Source: Bythopirellula sp. | GTDB lineage: Bacteria; Planctomycetota; Planctomycetia; Pirellulales; Lacipirellulaceae | Length of the DNA: 64,000 bases | Reading direction: 5' to 3' | Assembly: GCA_965216565.1 (NCBI GenBank) | Contig: OZ244170.1 | Span: 3,872,001 to 3,936,000, forward strand | Part shown: positions 39,601 through 48,878 of the stretch, piece by piece | Numbering within the stretch: the stretch's first letter is position 1 | Layout of the letters: every line of letters begins with the position of its first letter | Translations under genes and position numbers: made by a program | Notes under the pieces: model-generated | The model's input: the letters and a program-made list of their open reading frames with translations, nothing else | Database searches by the model: none | Told to the model about the DNA's origin: nothing

Positions 39601-39957
39601 CACCAGATCGTCACCAACCACGCCGCCAATTAGGGCGCCGGTGTCGTCCACCTGAATGTCGATATTTAGATCGCCGGAGAAAAACAGTCCCGAACCCGCT
39701 GACGAATCGATCGAAAGCGGAGTCGCGGCGACGGAGAAGGCATCGGTCCCGCTATCGTAGGCGACGGTTCCGCCAGAGTTGTAACCAATTACCGGATCGC
39801 CTAGTGGCTCCACACCAACGAGCGTTAGTACGCGGCGTTCTTCCAAGGATTCGTGACGTAGCGAGCGCCCCGAGATGCGGTTGTATTTCTTGGCTTCCGC
39901 CCGACGGCGACCTTTTTGAAGTCTTTGCGGACGCTTCCGGCATAAGTAACTAAACAT
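36628..39957 (-). CDS. Large acidic extracellular multidomain protein (planctomycete LExRxLL leader, duplicated unknown domain, SdrD-B-like domain)
   Basis: Leader SLRHESLEERRVLT; two ~160-aa repeats (NSGGTV.YD...NFGGNAKGD); ASVGNYFFIDKDGNGMQ...DSDA...IDAG SdrD-B-like domain. Confidence 0.9.
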   Translation of the reverse strand: MFSYLCRKRPQRLQKGRRRAEAKKYNRISGRSLRHESLEERRVLTLVGVEPLGDPVIGYNSGGTVAYDSGTDAFSVAATPLSIDSSAGSGLFFSGDLNIDIQVDDTGALIGGVVGDDLVISGDVDIDGDFVVDESGVLLTGEIIQFGSEDSGGTTDQYDYRFQITGGLLTTNALTSAQYAGKDLGITTTSENSDFAGDFSVNFGGNAKGDVGTIDPIAANPDIDIEKLTNGIDADTLPEAVQIDAGDSVVFTYQVTNTGDVPFDFDDVVIVDDNGTPGDNSDDVSTTSGDIVFLAASDVGSDLILSPGETWQYEYATVALDLETGLSDLVTDGTYQLGNHPDGNAGPPLYGLRLDGLTTWDDTDIHTFSFDQADGADVQMVIDGDMITISGTVFGGLVQSNAYVPGESGLWDIEFSYDGAALAAGDDDLQVDDALAGLNTGSITKLFGDLASYDLVDYAGSHSFSFQLGDTDDDSGHRGFDGISGWGWLNHAPENDPAWLQHHLAASDWLFTAEKISDDFYKNTAVVTVPGAEDMDMSHYENPDDPGGGEDAPHISFNSGGTVSYDATTDIFDLQATPLSIGAEVNPAGLFFNGDVLLSFVVDDTGSFVSGIGGDDFVLLGDVDVDGDFVVDFSGVLLTGEVFEFSSTDSGGTTDNYMIRTTVTGGLLSHLYGGQDLKFLVTSESSDFTGDFTTNFGGNAKGDIWPVDPIVDVLASVGNYFFIDKDGNGMQNSGDLGVNGVVVNLLNEDSILIASTVTGFDANGNAGFYLFYNLQAGNYIVEFETPDGVQFTTMDAGDDNRDSDANVGTGRTDLFALGDGEHRRDIDAGILATVQTEEMVYKVEDFYSKHQKKKAGKIKSVDLEYNEAADEFFVSIEFKEHRGRLTDGFTFVVTPGEWPAGQEDKYAMFYFDADVYGRHDGPVLTVYGYNGRYNGQSYRDSDGNSSTSDADRIATSKDNSSGWVKDISVDTYRQNGRWHRTMSFRIVASTVNDHIPLQGGDWEGAQFGNMASFSIDTYDRLYTRYNSDGYLKKWYACYHGWLDADWVHTTCDTVVVEQEIEEFFDDFGWEVSEYQEGISDGDPPEDASDEDSDFNWEGSVDAAMEAEFA

Positions 39958-40422
39958 AAGAGTGACTCCCCAAAACCAAATAATGAATCGATAAAGCTAG
40001 TGATCAGTCGAAACAGAGTTTGCCAGCATCGAAGGTATGAAAAACAATTGAAAAAGTAATTGACGACGGAAAGTATTCGATGCGCTATGCAGCCATATAC
40101 TAATTACGAATTACGACGAAGGCGCGGATATGGACGCCATCGTTCAACAAAAAACGAAAAAATATTCTGCAACTAGTTGAACGCATCTTGCGCAAGCGCG
40201 CAGTACACCACATCGGTGAACTACATTGCGGGAAGAGTGCATTCAGAGCAGCCTTGCGCCAGAAAACCGGAAACACATCAGTGTTGATTCCAGGTCTGCT
40301 CCCTCACCAAGCGTCGATAAATCCAACACGTGACGCTAGCCCGCAGAAGAAAGGCAAAGTCAGCGTGTTCAGTTCTCGACTGGCTTGCAAAAGCACAAAT
40401 AGAGGGTGTCCTAAGTCTCCCC

Positions 40423-40447
40423 AAAGTCAGCGATTCTTGCTGACTTT
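40423..40447. terminator. Hairpin downstream of the PEP-CTERM gene
   Basis: AAAGTCAGCG-ATTCT-TGCTGACTTT. Confidence 0.45.
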
Positions 40448-40495
40448 CCATCTTTCACCTGCGGCCGAACCAACGCTCGACCGGCCTAACTAAAG

Positions 40496-41251
40496 TTAGC
40501 TTCTTTCTTTTCTCGATAACAAAACAACCGATCCACCAAGCAGAGCCAGAATGACGGTTCCGGGCTCGGGAATACCAAAGTTGTTAACCGTGGCATTGTC
40601 GACCGAGAAGTTCTGAGAAAAATCAGCAGGGAGCGTTATGCCACCACCTGCAATACGGATCAAACCAAGATTCGCTGACGAGAATACAACTGGATCGGGA
40701 CCCAGTTCAGGATTCGGATTCTGTAGGGCGCCGCCAGTAATTTGGTAAAGCACATCGAGGGTGTCCGATCCAGTGGCATCCATGAGCACGCCAAGCACGG
40801 TGCCCGTGAGGAGCGATCCGCCTCCAGCCACACCATAATCGGCGCCGACGCTATCTGGGGCACCCGCATTGAATACTACTGAAACTGTACCACCATTAGT
40901 AACGGTTCCATCAGATTGGATTTCGACACCGCTAACTGAGAGGGACGCACTGAACGCGGAGCCAATGGTGCCACCGGAACCATAATGACGACCTGCGTTG
41001 GAGGGGCCAAATTCGCCGCCTAACTCAAGGTCGTTGGATGGGCTGGCGCTGACGGTGAATTGCAAAGTACCCGCATCAAAACTGCCGGTAACTCCTGCAG
41101 GGAAAGCAAAGTCAGACCAAGCGTCTTGTTCGGCTGTGCCCAAGATATCGAGAGGACCAGCAAATGTGCTGGCTACAGAAAAGCTAAGAATCGCCATCGC
41201 CAGGCCACAGCGCAGAGAGAGCCGTGCCCAGTCGGAAATCGTCGAAATCAT
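40496..41251 (-). CDS. PEP-CTERM surface protein
   Basis: Signal peptide ending TFA, and C-terminal IPEPGTVILALLGGSVVLLSRKERS. Confidence 0.88.
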   Translation of the reverse strand: MISTISDWARLSLRCGLAMAILSFSVASTFAGPLDILGTAEQDAWSDFAFPAGVTGSFDAGTLQFTVSASPSNDLELGGEFGPSNAGRHYGSGGTIGSAFSASLSVSGVEIQSDGTVTNGGTVSVVFNAGAPDSVGADYGVAGGGSLLTGTVLGVLMDATGSDTLDVLYQITGGALQNPNPELGPDPVVFSSANLGLIRIAGGGITLPADFSQNFSVDNATVNNFGIPEPGTVILALLGGSVVLLSRKERS

Positions 41252-41656
41252 TATTGCTCCCCAACAACGACCCGTTCCAAACAGGGCCGTTTGCCGAATC
41301 ATTCGCTATCGCGAAATTTCCCGGCGGCTAATTATCAGTAAGCCAACGAAGCTTGGGGTGAGGATGAGAATGGTGTCCTGCAGCCAGCTTGTTTTTCCAT
41401 GCCTACTCAAAGGTGTATGATCAATGAAAACAATCCAAACGCGTCACGGAGAGTCCGCGCCTGTGCTGGATAGATTAACGGGGCTCTCTGACCGCGTCAA
41501 AGATATTGAACGTTTTTATTTGGGTTCCTACCAAAATATGGTGGCCACCCACCACTGCGAATTCTTGTAAGCCGAGTTCTCGAAAGAGCTTAGCAGGATG
41601 GGAATCGGACCAGCAGCGACCACAAACTTTTTTTGCCCAGCGATTTGTAGCCAAGC

Positions 41657-42814
41657 CTATATCCGCTCGAAGACGGTGGCGATGCCCTGGCCGATGCCGA
41701 TGCACATGGTGGCGAGGCCCAGCGTCGCGTCGCGGTCGATCATGGTATGAATGAGGGTCGTAGCAATTCGTGCCCCGCTCGCCCCTAGTGGATGGCCGAT
41801 GGCTAAGGCCCCGCCGCGGACGTTCACCTTCTCGGGGTTGAGCTCCAGCATTTCAATGCAAGCGAGCGACTGCGCGGCAAACGCCTCGTTGAGTTCCACC
41901 AGCTCGATATCTGCTAGCGTCAAGCCGGCACGCTCGAGTGCTTTCCTGGTTGCCGGTACGGGACCAGTGCCCATCACAGCCGGGTCGACACCGGCGACCG
42001 CGGTCGAGCGGATTCTCACCAGCGGCTTCAGACCGAGCGATTTTGCCTTCGTCTCGCTCATCATTAACAGAGCCGCCGCGCCATCGTTCAGTGGCGAACT
42101 ATTGCCCGCGGTCACGGTGCCCATTCCGGGCATGAAAGCGGGTTTGAGCGAAGCCAATGCTTCTAACGTGGTATCGGAGCGAATGCATTGGTCAGTCGTT
42201 ACCGTGACAGAAGTGCCGGACTCGTCGCGACCACGGATTGGGATGATCTCCTTGTCGAATTCCCCCGCCTCGGTGGCTGTTGTGGCTTTTTGATGGCTGG
42301 CCAGCGCAAACTCGTCCTGAGACTCGCGACTGATACCTCGCGACTGGGCCAGGAATTCCGCCGTGATGCCCATGTGCAGTGCCCCCTTGCTCGTCACGTG
42401 GAAGAGTTTGGGATTGAAGTCAGCCCCGGCATCCATCGGGATATGGTCCATGTGCTCCAGTCCCCCGGCAATTTGCACATCTTCCCCACCTGCTGCGATG
42501 GAATGGGCCGACTGGTTCAAGGCTTGCAGACTACTACCGCAGAGGCGATTAATGGTCGCTCCCCCCGTGCTGCTTGGTAGCCCCGCCATCAGCGAAACGA
42601 TCCGGGCGACATTAAACCCCTGCTCTTTTTGCTGCTTGGTATTCCCTAGAACGACGTCTTCAATCTCCGCCGGATCGATCCCGGTGCGTTCCAGCAATCC
42701 CCTCACAACAGCCACAGCCAGGTCGTCGGAACGGACGTCACGAAAAACGCCCTTTTCACTGGAAGAACGGCCAATTGGCGTCCGGCAGGCATCAACAATT
42801 ACAGCAGTAGTCAT
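41657..42814 (-). CDS. fadA: Acetyl-CoA C-acyltransferase (thiolase)
   Basis: [30 protein letters not shown]. Confidence 0.96.
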   Translation of the reverse strand: MTTAVIVDACRTPIGRSSSEKGVFRDVRSDDLAVAVVRGLLERTGIDPAEIEDVVLGNTKQQKEQGFNVARIVSLMAGLPSSTGGATINRLCGSSLQALNQSAHSIAAGGEDVQIAGGLEHMDHIPMDAGADFNPKLFHVTSKGALHMGITAEFLAQSRGISRESQDEFALASHQKATTATEAGEFDKEIIPIRGRDESGTSVTVTTDQCIRSDTTLEALASLKPAFMPGMGTVTAGNSSPLNDGAAALLMMSETKAKSLGLKPLVRIRSTAVAGVDPAVMGTGPVPATRKALERAGLTLADIELVELNEAFAAQSLACIEMLELNPEKVNVRGGALAIGHPLGASGARIATTLIHTMIDRDATLGLATMCIGIGQGIATVFERI

Positions 42815-42826
42815 AGGATTCTTTGC

Positions 42827-42928
42827 AACTACGAATGAGCATTAACGGGCATGAATGAGAAGTAGATTGGTCCTAGCAAAACTCAAAAAGCAAACGCCAT
42901 TAGTGTCAATTCGTGTTTATCAGTGGTT
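42827..42928. repeat. Degenerate inverted repeat with 10-nt periodic arms
   Basis: Left arm AACTACGAAT GAGCATTAAC GGGCATGAAT; reverse complement of the right arm AACCACTGAT AAACACGAAT TGACACTAAT. Confidence 0.6.
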
Positions 42929-42952
42929 AAAAAGGGAACGAGCAAGTCACCC

Positions 42953-45097
42953 CTACTCGTAGAACTTGTCACCCGATTTTGCTACCTCCAACAACATCTC
43001 GGTCGATTTGTACCTTTCGCCGAGGGCTTCGAACTTGGAGAGCTTCTCGACAATCTGCTCTGCACCCACACTGTCGGCCCAGAAAAACAGGCCGCCCTTG
43101 AAGGGTGGAAAGCCGGTGCCGAAGATCATCGCCAAATCGACGTCGCGGACGTTGGCAGCGATGCCGTCTTCAATGAGCCGGGTGGCTTCGAGCAGCATGG
43201 GGAGGAACAATCGATCGGCAAAATCGGTTTTCGGAGTTTCGGTTTCCTGCGAAGTGGAATTCGAATCGATGATTGCCTGCGCTTCCTCGCTGGGGATCGG
43301 CTTGCTCCTGCCCCGCCTGTCGGTTTTGTAATCGAAAAATCCTTTGCCATTTTTCTGTCCCAAGCGATCGGCTTCGACCATGGCGGGCAAGATTTTCGAG
43401 GGCACCACTCGATCGGGGAATGCCTCCTGCATCACTTTTCCAGCGTGCAACGCGACGTCGAGGCCTACCGTGTCGTACAGCGTAATTGGCCCCATCGGCA
43501 TGCCAAACGAGGTGGCGGCCCGATCCACGGCTTTGATGGAAGCCCCCTCCTCCAGCAAGAGGAGTGCCTCGTTCATGTAGGGAAGTAAAACGCGATTGAC
43601 CAAAAAGCCGGGGCCGTCGCCAACCACAATGGGCGACTTGCCCAGTGTTTTGGCATATTCAACGGCCGTGGCAATGGTGTCGTCGGAAGTCTGTTCGCCT
43701 CGGATCACTTCCACCAGCGGCATCCGCCGCACGGGATTGAAAAAGTGCAGCCCGCAAAATCGGTCCGGATTCTTGAGATTCTCGGCCAGCTTGGTGATGG
43801 GAATGGTGGACGTATTGGAACAGAGGATCGCCTGCGGACCAAGTTGTGGTTCGAGTCGTTCATAGAGCTCATGCTTGGCTTCGGCATTCTCGTAGATAGC
43901 CTCGATCACCGCGTCGGCAGCGGCCAATTCTTCGTCATTCGTTGTACCGTTGATGAGCGGAGTGAATTTGAGGGCTTTCTCGACGTCCGGGCCACGAGTC
44001 TTCTTGTTAAAGCTGACTTCCTTCAGAACGCCCTGCACGCCACGTCCGACAGCCTCTGCCGAGACATCTCCCAAAGCGACGGGCAAGTTTTTCTTCACAT
44101 TTGCTGCGGCTATCCCCTGCCCCATGATGCCGGCGCCAATCACCGCTGCGCTACCAATCTCCCTGGCTGTGGCCCCTTCGGGACCGGATTGTTTCTTGTT
44201 GGCATCGCGGAGGAAGAAGACATTCAAGAGAGCCCGATTTTCAGACGTACCCCACAGTTCGGTAAACCCTTCGGCTTCCATCTTGCAGGCGGTCCACACG
44301 TCGACCCCTGCCGCGCCAAGCATCACCTCCAGCGCCGCCATTGGTGCCGGGTAGTGCCCCTTGGTTTGCCCTTGGATGTAGGCACTGGCGGTGGCGCCGA
44401 CAAAACCGAGCTCTGTTTCACTTAGACCTAGTGGCGCTTCCCAGCAGTCGCGATCTTTCTGGTAGCTTTGCGAATTCTTTTCTACCTGCACTAAGGCCAG
44501 CGCCGCTTCCAGTAGTTGGTCGGGTACAGCCAGTTCCGCCAAGCCCATTGCCGCTGCTTCGCGCGCGTCGATGGCTTCGCCGCCCGTGACGAGTTCCACC
44601 GCATTGCTAAGCCCTACCAGTCGCGGCATGCGTGCCGTCCCGCCCCAACCGGGAAACAGACCAAGTTTCACTTCGGGAAAAGCAAAGCTCGTCTCACGGT
44701 TGTCGGCCATCACGCGTCGATCGCACCACATGGCCAGTTCCGAGCCACCCCCCACGCACAATCCACCGATTGCGGCGACAGTAACGAAGGGACACTTGGC
44801 CAGACGCGAAAAAAGCTGTTGCCCGCGCTCGGCAACTTGCTGCACGACTTCCTTCGGCTCGTCGAGCGAAGCGACAAATTCGCGGAGGTCCGCCCCGGCG
44901 ATGAAATTACCATCTTTGCCTGAACGAATCACGAGCCCCGCGATGCCGTCGTCCTGTTCCAATTTGGTCAATTGGCGGTCGAATTCTTCCAGCACATGAT
45001 GCGATAGAACGTTCACCCCTTTATCGGGATCATCCAATGTGAGCACTGCCACATCGTCGTGCATTTTGACTGATATCATTGAGTTTCCAGACACCAT
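42953..45097 (-). CDS. fadB: Fatty acid oxidation complex alpha subunit (enoyl-CoA hydratase / 3-hydroxyacyl-CoA dehydrogenase; FadB/FadJ type)
   Basis: FIAGADL, PEVKLGLFPGWGGT, VIGAGIMG, SNTST, HFFNPV, GFLVNRVL. Confidence 0.93.
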   Translation of the reverse strand: MVSGNSMISVKMHDDVAVLTLDDPDKGVNVLSHHVLEEFDRQLTKLEQDDGIAGLVIRSGKDGNFIAGADLREFVASLDEPKEVVQQVAERGQQLFSRLAKCPFVTVAAIGGLCVGGGSELAMWCDRRVMADNRETSFAFPEVKLGLFPGWGGTARMPRLVGLSNAVELVTGGEAIDAREAAAMGLAELAVPDQLLEAALALVQVEKNSQSYQKDRDCWEAPLGLSETELGFVGATASAYIQGQTKGHYPAPMAALEVMLGAAGVDVWTACKMEAEGFTELWGTSENRALLNVFFLRDANKKQSGPEGATAREIGSAAVIGAGIMGQGIAAANVKKNLPVALGDVSAEAVGRGVQGVLKEVSFNKKTRGPDVEKALKFTPLINGTTNDEELAAADAVIEAIYENAEAKHELYERLEPQLGPQAILCSNTSTIPITKLAENLKNPDRFCGLHFFNPVRRMPLVEVIRGEQTSDDTIATAVEYAKTLGKSPIVVGDGPGFLVNRVLLPYMNEALLLLEEGASIKAVDRAATSFGMPMGPITLYDTVGLDVALHAGKVMQEAFPDRVVPSKILPAMVEADRLGQKNGKGFFDYKTDRRGRSKPIPSEEAQAIIDSNSTSQETETPKTDFADRLFLPMLLEATRLIEDGIAANVRDVDLAMIFGTGFPPFKGGLFFWADSVGAEQIVEKLSKFEALGERYKSTEMLLEVAKSGDKFYE

Positions 45098-45223
45098 CAG
45101 CCTCGGGGATATGAGAAGTTTGATGTATGATTGAGGTTGTAGATTCTACGGTGGTCAGTCCAGAAGGCCTACGGCTCCATCAACGCTTGTACATCGTCCA
45201 ATTGATTCGGAATAATGCATTCT

Positions 45224-45739
45224 ATGGAAGCTCGCCAATCAAGCACAGGTGGATCGCCCGTCGAAAGCGAAAACGCGGTACGTCAGGGAGGCTGGCTGTT
45301 TCCGCTGATGCTACTGGTGGTGCTGCTGGTGGCTCTTGGAATGGTAGTGTTGAATCGGTCTTTTGAAAGTGCCGGCGACAATTCCGTGGCCAGGTCGGCG
45401 TGGACCCCGTCAGACAAGCCAACGGGCGAGACAGTCCAGCTAGAAATAGATTTTGGCAACGGCGCGAAACGGCAAATTGCCGCCCTGCCCTGGGAGCCTG
45501 AAATGACGGTGGTCGATGTGCTGGAATCTGCCCGCGAGTTCCGGCCCGCGGTCGAATTCACCCAACAAGGTGAGGGGGCCGGCGGTTTTCTCACCTCGCT
45601 GGAAGGCCTGGCCAATGAAGGGGGCGGCAGGCGCAATTGGCGGTTTTTCGTCAATGACCGACCTGGAGAGACCAGTTTTTGCGTGGCAGAGGTTGCCGCT
45701 GGCGATCGAGTCTTGTGGGAATTCACCGGCGAATACTAG
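45224..45739 (+). CDS. Membrane-anchored DUF4430 (transcobalamin C-terminal-like) domain protein
   Basis: Single TM, then TVQLEIDFG...TVVDVL...FLTSLEGLAN.....W.FFVN....S......GDRVLWEF. Confidence 0.8.
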   Translation: MEARQSSTGGSPVESENAVRQGGWLFPLMLLVVLLVALGMVVLNRSFESAGDNSVARSAWTPSDKPTGETVQLEIDFGNGAKRQIAALPWEPEMTVVDVLESAREFRPAVEFTQQGEGAGGFLTSLEGLANEGGGRRNWRFFVNDRPGETSFCVAEVAAGDRVLWEFTGEY

Positions 45740-45788
45740 AATGAATGCCCAAGCCGCGAGCGGCTATTCAGAATTGAAAGAGGAAATT

Positions 45789-46340
45789 ATGAATCGAAAT
45801 AATTGGCGTGAATTGGCAGTGTTTGGGCTTCTTCTGGCAATCGGTGTGCTGGGGCGTTGGGCACAACCCGATTGGAACTTCACGCCGTTGGCTGCCATTA
45901 CGATCATAGGTGGCTATTACTTCCGCAATTGGATGCCTGCTGTGTTGCTGCCTGTGAGCACATTGGCAGTTTCAGACATTGTTCTGCCCGCCCACGACAG
46001 TTGGGCCGTACTGTTGGCGGTCCACTTGATGATGATCGTACCACTGGCGCTAGGACGCCTGGCGCGTGGTGCTGAAGGTTGGCAAGCGGCCTGGCGGTGG
46101 GGCATGTGTGGTATTGTTCCGGCGACGACTTTTTATCTCGTCACCAACTTTGCCGTATGGGCATTCACCGGAATGTACGACAAAACACTTAGCGGTTTGG
46201 CGGCGTGCTATATCGCCGCAATTCCCTTCTACCGCACTATGCTGGCCGGCGACTTGTTTTACCTGGTCGTGCTAGGTAGCTGTCTGGCAATTGCAAGTAT
46301 GAGAGTTACAAGTCGTGAGCCAAGCGTTGCGAGAAGTTAG
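45789..46340 (+). CDS. DUF6580 family putative ECF S-component-like transport protein
   Basis: R...WNFTPLAA...GG.YF, P...LAVSD, FYLVTNFAVW, Y.KTLSGL.ACY.AAIPFYR.ML.GDLFY; about 6 TM segments. Confidence 0.82.
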   Translation: MNRNNWRELAVFGLLLAIGVLGRWAQPDWNFTPLAAITIIGGYYFRNWMPAVLLPVSTLAVSDIVLPAHDSWAVLLAVHLMMIVPLALGRLARGAEGWQAAWRWGMCGIVPATTFYLVTNFAVWAFTGMYDKTLSGLAACYIAAIPFYRTMLAGDLFYLVVLGSCLAIASMRVTSREPSVARS

Positions 46341-46370
46341 TCTCCTCGCAACCCGCTACTCAGAACTCGA

Positions 46371-47744
46371 CTAGGAAAAGTCTGCTTCGGCCGGCTCCGC
46401 GACTTCCTCGCCACCTCCCCAGCCTTCGACGAGCCGATCAACGTCGGCTTTAGTGGTGAATACGAGTTCGACGATGTTCAGCTCGGTAGTATCGTCGTCC
46501 GCAGTTGCGACTCGTAGGTCTTTCATTGCGTCGATCAAAGATTCGACTTTCAATTTGACATCGTCCGTCATTCCTGCGACGACAGAATCGCCACCCTCTT
46601 GGATAGCACGCAGTCGGCTAAGTAGTCGCTGACGTTCGAACTTGGGGCCAGTGTCTTCCAAGCCGCCCCTGCCGCCACCGAAAAGTCGGCCTCTGCCCCG
46701 AGCAGAAAAGCCATCGTTGCCTTCCAGCATCGCGTCTTCAAACTCTTTGGCCTTCTTGGCTTCTTCTTCCAGGACGTCTTTCGATAGCTTTGCCAATGCG
46801 TTCAGTGTTTCGGCGGCATTGATATCCTGTGCCTGTTCATAAGACGGAAAGTCCATCATCTTGCTCACATAGCAGCGATCGTCGAGGTTGAACGTGTCGC
46901 CAGCGATTAGTTCGTTGAGCGTGTCTTGGAGTTGAGCATTAGGGCTCGCCTTGAACTGCTGAATGAGCACCGCCACGGCTTGGACTTTCATCCATTTGTG
47001 AACGTCATCCGCCATTTCTTCAGGATGGTCTTCCTGTTTGAGGAGGGCGAGCATCGCGTTGGTAAGACGATCGGCATAACGCTCATCGACGCCGTAACGC
47101 GCATGACGTTCGAGTCCCACCAATGCCCCAGTCTTCACTGCGGGATGAACGGATAGCTGTTTCCCTTTGCGTTCGATGGTGTCTTTTTCCAAAAAGTCGA
47201 GCAGCAATGCCGTTGCTTCCGGCAGTGGCACTGGTAGAGTTGGGTCGTTGCCACCGGGAGCGTAGCGACTATCGAGATTGCCGATAATCAGTGAGGCGTT
47301 GTAACGCACTGCAGGATGATAGTTGTCGATGGCGAGGACTTCGGCAATTTTAAGACACAGCTTGGTTAGCTCTGCCTGCGAACCCGCATTGGCAATCTTT
47401 CGGAGGTATCGTTTGAAGAGGTCTTCCCGACGGTCGCCAAGTTCACCGAGATTCTCTGCGTCGGTGCTAGTCATGATTGGGAAGTAGTATTTGGTGAAGT
47501 ACTTCTTCACGTCATCTTCGGCAGCACCGAAACCAGCAGGATTCTGAATTACGTTTCGCAGATCTCGTTCAAGCTTCTGAGCCTCGCGCTTCTTCATCAC
47601 GGGAATTGTCTTATAGCGTTGCGCCCAAACTGGAGCGACAGTGCCAAAGATCAGCATTCCGATGAGCAGATTGCGGATAGCACGTAGACTGGAAGCGTTC
47701 TTGCTCGGATGAGATGGCTTGCCAGCCAAGTAGAATTTACGCAT
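46371..47744 (-). CDS. Hypothetical secreted alpha-helical protein
   Basis: 457-aa ORF with signal-like LLIGMLIFGTVAPVWA and a HEAT-like HPAVRYNA segment; start uncertain. Confidence 0.8.
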   Translation of the reverse strand: MRKFYLAGKPSHPSKNASSLRAIRNLLIGMLIFGTVAPVWAQRYKTIPVMKKREAQKLERDLRNVIQNPAGFGAAEDDVKKYFTKYYFPIMTSTDAENLGELGDRREDLFKRYLRKIANAGSQAELTKLCLKIAEVLAIDNYHPAVRYNASLIIGNLDSRYAPGGNDPTLPVPLPEATALLLDFLEKDTIERKGKQLSVHPAVKTGALVGLERHARYGVDERYADRLTNAMLALLKQEDHPEEMADDVHKWMKVQAVAVLIQQFKASPNAQLQDTLNELIAGDTFNLDDRCYVSKMMDFPSYEQAQDINAAETLNALAKLSKDVLEEEAKKAKEFEDAMLEGNDGFSARGRGRLFGGGRGGLEDTGPKFERQRLLSRLRAIQEGGDSVVAGMTDDVKLKVESLIDAMKDLRVATADDDTTELNIVELVFTTKADVDRLVEGWGGGEEVAEPAEADFS

Positions 47745-47893
47745 TGCCCTAGTCCTCTGTTCCTAAGGAGTAAGCCGGTCCCGCGGAGTCTGCGGGTGGA
47801 TAAGTTACCTCTCACTCTATTGTACGCAGTTAGGGCGGTCCTGCAAAATAAGCCCACAAACTCGTTACAATACGGCTGGGAAACACCGAATCG

Positions 47894-48829
47894 ATGACTT
47901 TACTCTACCACGATCGCCGCTTTTTGGATCACCAGACGGGCAACCATCCCGAGTGTCCCGAGCGGCTCCGTGCCATTGACGAATTGCTGGAATCGCAGGG
48001 GTTATTGGGACGTTGCCAGCGACCAGAGTGGACACTTGCCCCAAACCACTTGCTCTCGCGCTGCCATACGCAAGCTCATGTTCAATTGTTGGAAGAAGTG
48101 GCCAAGAACGGGGGCGGTAACCTCGATCCAGATACGGTCGTCTCCCCGAAATCCTTTGATGTGGCCCTACTAGCCGCTGGGGCTGTGGAGGACGCCGTGA
48201 CTCGAGTGCTAGCCGGCGAGCAGAAATCGGGCCTGTGTCTGGTGCGGCCACCGGGTCACCACGCGGTGCGGGAAAACGCGATGGGCTTTTGTCTACTAAA
48301 CAACATTGCCTTGGGAGCTCAGGCGGCCATCGACCGCGGCGTCGAGCGAATCTTGATCGTCGATTGGGATGTGCATCATGGGAACGGCACTCAGGCCATC
48401 TTTTACGATGACCCACGCGTAGGTTTTTTCTCTGTGCACCGCTGGCCGTTTTACCCAGGCACCGGGACCGCTCACGAGACCGGGACGTCCGCTGGGCTTG
48501 GTACGACTTGCAACCTACCGCTCAGCATTGAAACTACTCGCCGAGAGTATCACGCAGCGGTGGCACGGGAACTCACCGACTTCGCGGCAAAGATCAAGCC
48601 CGAATTGGTATTAGTAAGCGCGGGCTTCGACGCGCACCGCGCCGACCCGATCGGCTCGCTAGGACTGGAAACAGGTGATTTCGCAGAGCTTGGCGGGCTC
48701 GTTCTGGATATTGCCAATAGCTATGCCGAGGGGCGGATCGTGAGTGTGCTGGAAGGCGGCTACAATCCACCGGTGCTGGCCGAATGTGTGGCGCAGCACC
48801 TGAAACAGTTGATCGCGCATGAGGAGTAG
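47894..48829 (+). CDS. Histone deacetylase family (Zn-dependent deacetylase)
   Basis: HPECPERL, RPPGHHA, GFCLLNN, DWDVHHGNGTQ, SAGFDAH, LEGGY. Confidence 0.97.
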   Translation: MTLLYHDRRFLDHQTGNHPECPERLRAIDELLESQGLLGRCQRPEWTLAPNHLLSRCHTQAHVQLLEEVAKNGGGNLDPDTVVSPKSFDVALLAAGAVEDAVTRVLAGEQKSGLCLVRPPGHHAVRENAMGFCLLNNIALGAQAAIDRGVERILIVDWDVHHGNGTQAIFYDDPRVGFFSVHRWPFYPGTGTAHETGTSAGLGTTCNLPLSIETTRREYHAAVARELTDFAAKIKPELVLVSAGFDAHRADPIGSLGLETGDFAELGGLVLDIANSYAEGRIVSVLEGGYNPPVLAECVAQHLKQLIAHEE

Positions 48830-48878
48830 CCTGTCGATGCGGCGCGGCTGGACGTTGCCACCGCGTCACGCCCACGAA

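Noticed and set aside
39958..40495. c-di-GMP-I riboswitch in the long AT-rich leader (GGCAAA seeds on both strands)
   Set aside because: The GAAA tetraloop stem and following GACGCAAA element were not found.
37201..44999. Long antisense ORFs (e.g. 37201-37947, 38296-38949, 42923-43588, 43745-44425)
   Set aside because: Shadow frames opposite well-supported genes, expected from codon bias in GC-rich DNA.
45098..45223. Cobalamin riboswitch upstream of the DUF4430/DUF6580 pair
   Set aside because: The gap is short and lacks recognisable GGGAA / GCCCCCGCAACTGT / AGYCAG core elements; an Infernal scan would be decisive.
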